Notes under the pieces: generated by a model
The model's database searches: none
Seen by the model: the letters and a program-made list of their open reading frames with translations, nothing else
What the model was told of the DNA's origin: nothing
Program-made: the position numbers and the translations under genes
Source of the DNA: Nitrososphaeria archaeon
GTDB taxonomy: Archaea; Thermoproteota; Nitrososphaeria; JACIWG01
NCBI GenBank assembly: GCA_050011875.1
Contig: JBEKIG010000027.1
Span: 1-17,473, forward strand
DNA: 17,473 nt
Direction: 5' to 3'
Part shown: positions 7,886-14,503 of the stretch, piece by piece
How the letters are laid out: the number at the start of each line of letters is the position of its first letter
Position numbering within the stretch: the first letter of the stretch is position 1

Positions 7886-8844
7886 CTATTCATCCTCTCC
7901 CGGCCCGTCTGTCCCTCCCTCGCTTCGCCCTCTTCGTCCGCATTCGACCCTACGAGTTCCACGAACACATCATCGAGAGTCACGGGGACGATGGAGATCG
8001 TGGCCTTGCGCCTGAGCGCCTCGCTGCTGAGCTCCCTACCTGCGGCTTCATCCAGGAATACCCTGGCGACGTTTCCCACCTTTACCACCTTGCCATAGGC
8101 GACCAGCTCCTCGGCGCTGAATCCGCTCACAACGTCCACTCGTATCTTGGAGCCCGAATACTTCGCTCTCACGTCCACAGGGCTTCCCTGTGTAAGCAGT
8201 TTCCCCTTGTCTACGATCGCCAAATCGTCTGACAGAGACTCCGCTTCGTCCATATAGTGGGTCGTGAGCACAATCGTCTTGCCCTCGTCCTTCTTCAGCC
8301 TGATCAATTCGTCCCAGACCTTCCTCCTTCCGACCGGGTCGAGTCCTATGGTTGGCTCATCCAGAAACATGAGCTCTACGTCACAGGCTATCGTCATCGC
8401 GATAAGAATCCTCTGTCGGAGGCCGCCAGAGAGATCCTCCGAATGCACACCAGCCACCTCCGACAACTCGACCGTCCTCAATACTCGCCTCGCCTTCTCC
8501 GCGGCCGTGGAATGGCTCTCGCCCCTCATCATCAGCGCTAACACAACGTGGTCATATGCATTAAGGGTCCACAGAGGCTTTCCCTCCTGAGGTGTGATCG
8601 CCACCCTTCGTCTAATCTTCCTTGCCTCTGCGATAACGTCCATCCCGAACACGCTTACCGAGCCTGAAGTGGGCAAGAGTTGGGTGCTTGCAATTCTGAG
8701 GAAAGTCGTTTTCCCAGCGCCGTTCCTGCCGAGCAGGGTGAATATTCTTCCTTCGTTAACCGAGAGATTGAAGTTGTCTAGAGCTGGCTCTGCCTTTCCC
8801 CTGTAGAACTTGACAAGACTTTTTGCGTCGATTATTGAAGGCAA
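7882..8844 (-). CDS. ABC exporter ATP-binding subunit (DrrA/CcmA-like)
   Basis: Walker A GRNGAGKTT, Q-loop TPQE, signature LSGGLRQR, Walker B LMFLDEPT, H-loop LTTHYMDEAE, C-terminal TLDDVFVELVG. TTG start preceded by AAGTGA. Confidence 0.95.
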   Translation of the reverse strand: MPSIIDAKSLVKFYRGKAEPALDNFNLSVNEGRIFTLLGRNGAGKTTFLRIASTQLLPTSGSVSVFGMDVIAEARKIRRRVAITPQEGKPLWTLNAYDHVVLALMMRGESHSTAAEKARRVLRTVELSEVAGVHSEDLSGGLRQRILIAMTIACDVELMFLDEPTIGLDPVGRRKVWDELIRLKKDEGKTIVLTTHYMDEAESLSDDLAIVDKGKLLTQGSPVDVRAKYSGSKIRVDVVSGFSAEELVAYGKVVKVGNVARVFLDEAAGRELSSEALRRKATISIVPVTLDDVFVELVGSNADEEGEAREGQTGRERMNR

Positions 8845-9423
8845 AGGGCATCACTTCGGAACCCAGCACATTCCGTCTACCTTGAAGTATATTAGGATAT
8901 CAATATAGCGATTAGGAATATATGAACATTCTTGCAAAAATTGTGTAGTGTAGAAGAAGGCACAAGAGAAAGCCGAAGAAACACTGAAGATTTCTCAGAT
9001 GATTCGCTTCAATCGACAAAAACTCTATTAGAATCACTTACATAATGTATTGGCATATTGTAACCTTTCCATACTAGGTTTCCGTCTTTTTCTTCTGTAA
9101 AATCCATTAAATATGTATTTATTCAAAATTTTCTTAATGAACGATCTAAACAGACACAACACATAGCAAATGGAGTGCTTATTTCTTCGTTCATGCATAT
9201 TTCTATGAAGTATGGCTTAGACGATTCGAAATTACGTAAGACTTCTCTAATAGCCTTCTCATAGTTTATCGTTTAATATCATGGCACATCCAAAAAAGAT
9301 TTAGATTCTTTCTGAGATTAAATATAAAAACTTAACTACGAGAACATCATCAGCATAAATCGTGTATAAAGCTGGGAACGATTATAAGTTGTTCCACCAT
9401 TCACCGAGAAAAGTGATATTGAA

Positions 9424-9951
9424 ATGAATGAAAATGTAATATTGGTGAATGAGAAAGGCAAAGCGATAGGAACCGAAGAGAAAATGAAAGCGCATCAGAA
9501 AGGGCAACTTCACAGGGCATTTTCGATATTCATTTTTAGCATGAATGGCGATATGTTACTACAAAGAAGGGCTGAGGAAAAATATCATTCGGGCGGTCTG
9601 TGGACAAATGCTTGCTGTAGTCATCCGCGACCTGGTGAAAACTTGGAGCAAGCAACGCATCGCCGATTAAAAGAAGAATTGGGATTTGACTGTAAATTAA
9701 AGAAACGCACTCATTTTATATACAAAGCTAAGTTGGATCATGGCCTTACTGAACATGAATTCGATCATGTTTTTATAGGCCGATATGACGGCAAAATAAG
9801 TCCTAACAGGGACGAGGTGAGCGATGTCAGATGGGTAAGCTTGGAGGCACTGGGAGAAGAAGTCAATAAATCTCCAAATGAGTTCACTGAGTGGTTCAAA
9901 ATTGCCTTTGCAAAATTCTTTGGGTCTTTCAAAAAGGCAATAGGCGAATGA
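9424..9951 (+). CDS. idi: Isopentenyl-diphosphate delta-isomerase, type 1 (Nudix fold)
   Basis: AHxxxxLHRAFS, LLQRRAxxKY, WTNACCSHP, RRLKEELG, FIYKA, EHEFDHVF, FTEWF: the metal-binding His/Glu residues and catalytic Cys/Glu/Tyr/Trp are all present. AAGTGA lies upstream of the ATG. Confidence 0.96.
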   Translation: MNENVILVNEKGKAIGTEEKMKAHQKGQLHRAFSIFIFSMNGDMLLQRRAEEKYHSGGLWTNACCSHPRPGENLEQATHRRLKEELGFDCKLKKRTHFIYKAKLDHGLTEHEFDHVFIGRYDGKISPNRDEVSDVRWVSLEALGEEVNKSPNEFTEWFKIAFAKFFGSFKKAIGE

Positions 9952-10095
9952 TGTGTCCGACGTTTTGTTAATTGAATCAATGTACTCCTATGAACATAAA
10001 GGAATCATGTGAGCATCAGAAGATTTTGTGAACCTACTTCCTTCTGCTTGCTCTCTTAATATTTCAAACCTGAAAACAATTATCAAGAGAGACAA

Positions 10096-10209
10096 TTTAG
10101 AATAGTCTCACTTACGGATGCAAAGTTCCCATCTGATTCGCCGCTTAATGCTTTGACTGAAAAGCAAAGACGAGTCCTTATTACCGCCTAAAAGTTAGGG
10201 TATTATAAT
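10096..10209 (+). pseudogene. Fragment of a bacterio-opsin-activator-type HTH (HTH_10) regulator with an in-frame stop
   Basis: Frame 1 reads FRIVSLTDAKFPSDSPLNALTEKQRRVLITA*KLGYYN, matching the family pattern LTxxQxxxLxxAyxxGYY. TAA at 10189-10191 replaces the usual aromatic codon. No start codon or HTH completion. Confidence 0.75.
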
Positions 10210-10264
10210 GATTTTCATAGCAAACAAACATCATCCATTATCGCCTTTTGGCAGATCCGTTTGC

Positions 10265-11791
10265 TTATGGGGCCCACCATCTCCCTTCAGAAGTGAACTG
10301 AGCAAGGTAGTCATGAACCTCATGCCATTTGTCATAGTCGCGGTGAGCCCAGACCATCATCTTTAGAACGGTTGTTAAGCGCTTCTTTAGTTCACTCCAC
10401 AATGGTTCTGGTGCCCGATAACCTTCTCTTCTAAACATACCCATCCAACGCCTTAACTTGAAATATTCTTCTTCAGATAGATACGCTGACACGACTAACT
10501 CGAGTAACCAAAATTGCATACCTGCCTGATATTGTTCAGGGCCTGTCCACCATCCGCCATGGTACCTGCTTCCCCATGATGGAAGCGGCCTAACGGTTAG
10601 ATTGTTTGTATCGTGAAAACCCCACTTCCTGATCATACCCCTATCCATGACTGCATAAGGGTATTGACAATACAAATCCATATCACTTGCATATTCACTG
10701 TGCTTCTTATCAATGCTCATCCCAACTCTATCTGCGACAATGATAGCGTAGTCGGTACCTGGTACATCATCAAGGTGCGATACTTTACAATCAACGTTTA
10801 CAGCGCACTCCCTTATTCCAGGTGTCTTTACTTGGTTTGGTCTATCTAGGGTTAAACCAGCAGCTTCGAAACCATCTGGTAAGTTCTTCTCTAGCCTTTC
10901 GAAGTTGCCAATTTGGTGGCGTAGAGGTATTGAATAAACGAATTCGCCAGTTCTCTTGATGTTTTTGTAACTGAAGCTGTTCTTCGGAACAGGTATCTGA
11001 ACAGATACAGGAGCAGCCATAAGGAGCCCACCTGATACTGGAAGACCATTTGCTCTGCCCTCTTCATCGAGGGACATAAGTATGTATGATGGCCTAGGAA
11101 AAATAGCATTCATTAGAACAGACTCATATTCAGGATTGCAGAGGTCAGCCTTACTAACAAATGTCTTATCACCTTGTTTCTTCGTGAAAGGTTGTGATGG
11201 TTCTGCTGAAGGAATCAGTTCTCCGCTCAAAACACTTGGCCCATATAATCCGGTATATCGATTCTGAGTTGCTTCGTGCATAGGATACTTTTTTACAACT
11301 TCAGACCTGCTTAAATCAAGTAAGTCAGTATCAATGCTGACGCCAACTACATCACCTATAAGAATTAACCGCATAGGTTGCTTAAGTTGAATCATATGAG
11401 CTTTCTTGCACTCTAAGTTGAGTGGGCACTCTGCTATCCCAGGTGTGTTTATTTGTCTTGAAGGAAGCTCTGTCCAGCCGGCCAGTTCAATCTCGTTGAT
11501 ACCCTTAGGCACTGAACAGGCTGTAACCCACATGTTATCGATTTGATCTCTTCTCGGAACGGCAACAACAAACTCATCGGCATCATGATAAGTTAATTTT
11601 GAATCCCAACTCTTAACGCCAAATATGACTTGCAACGGCTTAATACTCAGAACTCCTGCGCTCACTGCTCCTGCGTTCAGACCGTATTCTGGGTCATTGA
11701 CAACAGGTATGATAGCAGTTCTCGGCATCCTAACTCCTGTGCTTCGAACAGTTATCATCTCTATCTGATTATAATACAATTTTTCATTCAT
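10265..11791 (-). CDS. 508-aa protein with two tandem flavin reductase-like (FMN split-barrel, flavoredoxin/DIM6-NTAB) domains and an unknown C-terminal domain
   Basis: Repeat 1: PRTAII...EFVVAVP...NEIELAGWT..PSRQINTPGIAECPLNLECK. Repeat 2: PRPSYIL...SYKNIKRTGEFVYSIP...FEAAGLT..PNQVKTPGIRECAVNVDCK. Confidence 0.82.
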   Translation of the reverse strand: MNEKLYYNQIEMITVRSTGVRMPRTAIIPVVNDPEYGLNAGAVSAGVLSIKPLQVIFGVKSWDSKLTYHDADEFVVAVPRRDQIDNMWVTACSVPKGINEIELAGWTELPSRQINTPGIAECPLNLECKKAHMIQLKQPMRLILIGDVVGVSIDTDLLDLSRSEVVKKYPMHEATQNRYTGLYGPSVLSGELIPSAEPSQPFTKKQGDKTFVSKADLCNPEYESVLMNAIFPRPSYILMSLDEEGRANGLPVSGGLLMAAPVSVQIPVPKNSFSYKNIKRTGEFVYSIPLRHQIGNFERLEKNLPDGFEAAGLTLDRPNQVKTPGIRECAVNVDCKVSHLDDVPGTDYAIIVADRVGMSIDKKHSEYASDMDLYCQYPYAVMDRGMIRKWGFHDTNNLTVRPLPSWGSRYHGGWWTGPEQYQAGMQFWLLELVVSAYLSEEEYFKLRRWMGMFRREGYRAPEPLWSELKKRLTTVLKMMVWAHRDYDKWHEVHDYLAQFTSEGRWWAP

Positions 11792-11798
11792 TTCTTAA

Positions 11799-11940
11799 TC
11801 CATTTTAGTTTCGATCGGAAGTTGCACTTAAGACTTTCTTCCATGAAGTCATCAGAGTTCTACGGCTTAGCAGAATGTGCGACAACTGAGGAATCCCATG
11901 GATGCCTCCGCATAAGACTAAAGTGGAACTTGGGGAACTC
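11799..11940 (-). ncRNA. Candidate structured RNA element (hammerhead-like core motifs) in the leader of the double flavin-reductase gene
   Basis: Minus strand carries GUC (11918-11916), CUGAUGA (11855-11849) and GAAAC (11812-11808), with a 10/11-bp stem III-like pairing. Stems I and II are imperfect. Confidence 0.3.
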
Positions 11941-12684
11941 ATGTATTATTACTTAACAAAAGGATAATTTGCTAAGGAATATATCTTAAAGAGAAAGTAG
12001 ATTTACGGTAAAGCGGAAATCGGAGAAACAGTGGAAGAGGTTAAGAATTATCATCATAACTCTACATTAGTTTCCAAACAAGTTCCGAATCTTCCGTTCC
12101 CAATTCCTTTTTTTCCTACAAGAGGGAATGTCTGCTCCTTAAACTTTTGAGTGATTAAGTTTGACATAAAGCAATCAATTTCTTTCCCATATTGAGAAAA
12201 GGTTTAGCTGGGCTGTTAGAATTTTTAAAAGGTAGCGGGTCCGGTGGTTTCTGACCTTAATTAGGAGCAGATACCTCAATCTTAAAATATTAGACTCCTT
12301 ATATGTTGTCAATCAATAATGGGTCAATGATTTGCATGAAATTTATCTGGGATGGTCTCTCAATTATTTATTAGTTTAAGCAGATTTGCTTCATTTCTCG
12401 ACCTCTCAAGATCAACCCTTAGATTTTTGCTATGTATTCGATAATTCTCATTAGTTATGTTTCCTCTTTCAAAATCGTCTCTTTGTAGGCTGGGATTATA
12501 ATTGCCAACAAATGGTTTGATGATAAAAAAAAGGTGCTGTAATCATTTCCTATGATCAAGGAAGAAGGGATGGGAAAGTTTGACCTTAAATAAGAAATTG
12601 AATGTAGTTTCCTAATCCTAGAGATATGTAACTTTAAACCTAAACCTGTGCAACGGTAAGACCTCTTCGCCACTTTTTTCAGCT

Positions 12685-13560
12685 TTATCCCTTTAGTGTT
12701 CCAAATGTTAGACCTCTAACAATATACCTTTGCAACGCCAAGGCTAATACGACAGCAGGCAATACTGAATATACTGCGCATGCGGATATTTCTCCATAAA
12801 GGACATCATGCGCTGATCGGAATCTGGGAATGATCATAGCTAAGGTGACGACATGAACAGCATCTAACGAATAAGCCATCAGATATTCATTCCAAGCAAA
12901 CAAGAAACAGAAAAGCCCCGTAACTACCAAGCCAGGGATTATTAATTGAACCGTAATCCTCAAAAAGGCACCAAGCCTCGAGCAGCCGTCGACCATAGCG
13001 GACTCCTCCATCTCAACAGTCGTTTGTTGTAGAAACCCCATAAGAATGAGGACAGCAAATGGTATGTTGAAAAGAAAATAGGCCAAAATTAGACCCTGAT
13101 ATGAATCAAATAATCCTAACGTTTTATATATAAGAAATAGTGGCGTTATAAAAATTATAGCGGGGAGGAATCTTTGTGATATAATCCAGAAACTGAGGTT
13201 ACCCCCTCCTGTTCTGAATCTTACGATGCTAAACGCTGCGAAGAGGCCAATTATTAGGCTCAGAACCGTACTACTCCCAGCAACAATCACACTAGCTTTA
13301 ATTCCCTGTATTGCTGCGTTAGAAATCCCAGGCCCACCCCACATACTGTTTGAGAAATGTATCAAAGTAATATGTAAAGGTATTAGGGTGGGCGGATATG
13401 TTACAATCTCTGTATCTGGCTTAAGCGCGGTGATAACTAACCAGTATAATGGAAAAGCCGTCCAACCTAAGAAGAGTATAACGAATACCGCTTTTAGCGA
13501 GGAGAGTATACGTCTTCTTCTCTTCTTCATAACATTTCTACTATTTCTCCTCTCCTCCAT
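12685..13560 (-). CDS. Carbohydrate ABC transporter permease (MalG-like, CUT1)
   Basis: FPLYWLVITALKP, EAA loop EMEESAMVDGCS, FLFAWNEYL, LQRYIVRGLTFG. Start is ATG 13560 (alternatives TTG 13581, ATG 13530). Confidence 0.95.
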   Translation of the reverse strand: MEERRNSRNVMKKRRRRILSSLKAVFVILFLGWTAFPLYWLVITALKPDTEIVTYPPTLIPLHITLIHFSNSMWGGPGISNAAIQGIKASVIVAGSSTVLSLIIGLFAAFSIVRFRTGGGNLSFWIISQRFLPAIIFITPLFLIYKTLGLFDSYQGLILAYFLFNIPFAVLILMGFLQQTTVEMEESAMVDGCSRLGAFLRITVQLIIPGLVVTGLFCFLFAWNEYLMAYSLDAVHVVTLAMIIPRFRSAHDVLYGEISACAVYSVLPAVVLALALQRYIVRGLTFGTLKG

Positions 13561-13580
13561 ACTATTTCTCCTCTCCTCCA
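13539..13580. repeat. Perfect 21-bp tandem duplication at the permease-permease junction
   Basis: TACTATTTCTCCTCTCCTCCA at 13539-13559 and again at 13560-13580; translates as (M)EERRNS twice. Confidence 0.95.
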
Positions 13581-14446
13581 AAAGATGAACCTTCTCTATA
13601 AATAAACCTCATATACAGTGTTATGATGATGGTCACCATAACCATTACAGCCATCGTCAAACATGCGGCATACGAAGGATTAAAATAATAAAGGCCAACA
13701 TGATATATGTAGAGGGATATTGATTCCGTAAGATCTCCAGGCCCGCCCTGCGTTAATACAAACGGTATATCAAACATCTTGATTGCATCTGTTGTTCTAA
13801 GAAGAAGTACAACAAATACTATCGGTCTCAATAAGGGAAGAGTGATGTCTTTAAAAATCTGCCACTCTGATGCTCCATCCACTTTTGCAGACTCAAATGG
13901 CTCTACAGGAAGCGCGAGGAGTCCGGACAAAAAGACAATCGCTACAAAAGGTGTCCATTCCCAAATGTCAGCTATAATGATAGTTAATAAAGCATAGTTG
14001 GGATCAGATAACCAACCTATATATGGAAGACCTAGTAAAGAGAATATGTAAATTATTGGGCCGACCCCAGTGAACATCAAAAACCAAGTAGCACCTACAG
14101 CTATTGGCGCTAACATCGTTGGTATCAAGACGAAAGAACTGATGGCATTTCGAATTCTAGGTCTAAAGTCTGCAAATACCAAAGCAACAATCATCCCTAA
14201 TAAAAACTCAATTGGCAGAGCCACAACCATGAATTTTAAAATAACTGTCAAAGCATTCCAAAATTCAGAATCACTCAACATTGCAAGATAATTAGCAATT
14301 CCATTCCAGGTAACAGGAAGAGTTGGGTAGGGAGGCCATTTATAAAAACTTAAAGCAACAGCGTAAACGAAAGGAGCTAATCCAACAGCCATCAATATAG
14401 CAATAGCTGGCAATATGAGAATCCATTTTAATTTGCTCTCACGCAA
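13562..14446 (-). CDS. Carbohydrate ABC transporter permease (MalF-like, CUT1)
   Basis: GIANY..MLSDSEFWNAL, IIADIWEWTPF, EAA loop FESAKVDGAS, FDIPFVLTQGGPG. TTG start. Confidence 0.95.
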   Translation of the reverse strand: MRESKLKWILILPAIAILMAVGLAPFVYAVALSFYKWPPYPTLPVTWNGIANYLAMLSDSEFWNALTVILKFMVVALPIEFLLGMIVALVFADFRPRIRNAISSFVLIPTMLAPIAVGATWFLMFTGVGPIIYIFSLLGLPYIGWLSDPNYALLTIIIADIWEWTPFVAIVFLSGLLALPVEPFESAKVDGASEWQIFKDITLPLLRPIVFVVLLLRTTDAIKMFDIPFVLTQGGPGDLTESISLYIYHVGLYYFNPSYAACLTMAVMVMVTIIITLYMRFIYREGSSFGGEEK

Positions 14447-14463
14447 AGATATCGCCGGAATTT

Positions 14464-14503
14464 AAAAAATAGGGATGGTGGCACATTCCACGGATGAACC
14501 ACC
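14464..14503 (-). terminator. Stem-loop plus T6 tract between the SBP and the first permease
   Basis: Minus strand GGTGGTTCAT-CCGTGGA-ATGTGCCACC (9 of 10 pairs including one G-U) followed by ATCCCTATTTTTT. Confidence 0.6.

Noticed and set aside
6258-8806. Long plus-strand ORFs (166, 158, 109, 108 aa and others) opposite the MBL and ABC-2 genes
   Set aside because: Antisense shadows of GC-rich genes that carry clear family motifs on the minus strand.
8922-9031. Short broken frames (MNILAKIV*, KKAQEKAEETLKISQMIRF...)
   Set aside because: Too short and generic to assign.
11886-11907. Plus-strand hammerhead core CUGAGGA followed by an AUCC/GGAU hairpin
   Set aside because: The required GAAA after stem II is replaced by GCCU.
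11845-11942. Fluoride (crcB) riboswitch, suggested by minus-strand AUGAGUUCCCC...CUGAUGACUUC
   Set aside because: The 5' GGxGA strand of P1 is absent, the pseudoknot pairing is imperfect, and the downstream gene is not a typical fluoride-response gene.
12231-12256. tRNA 3'-end-like GC patch (minus strand ...CCACCGGACCCGCTA) as a possible attachment-site remnant
   Set aside because: No TTCRA T-loop, no T-stem pairing and no 5' half; only about 14 nt of resemblance.
12455-12673. 72-aa minus-strand ORF directly after the second permease
   Set aside because: No ATPase or other motifs and atypical composition; probably spurious.
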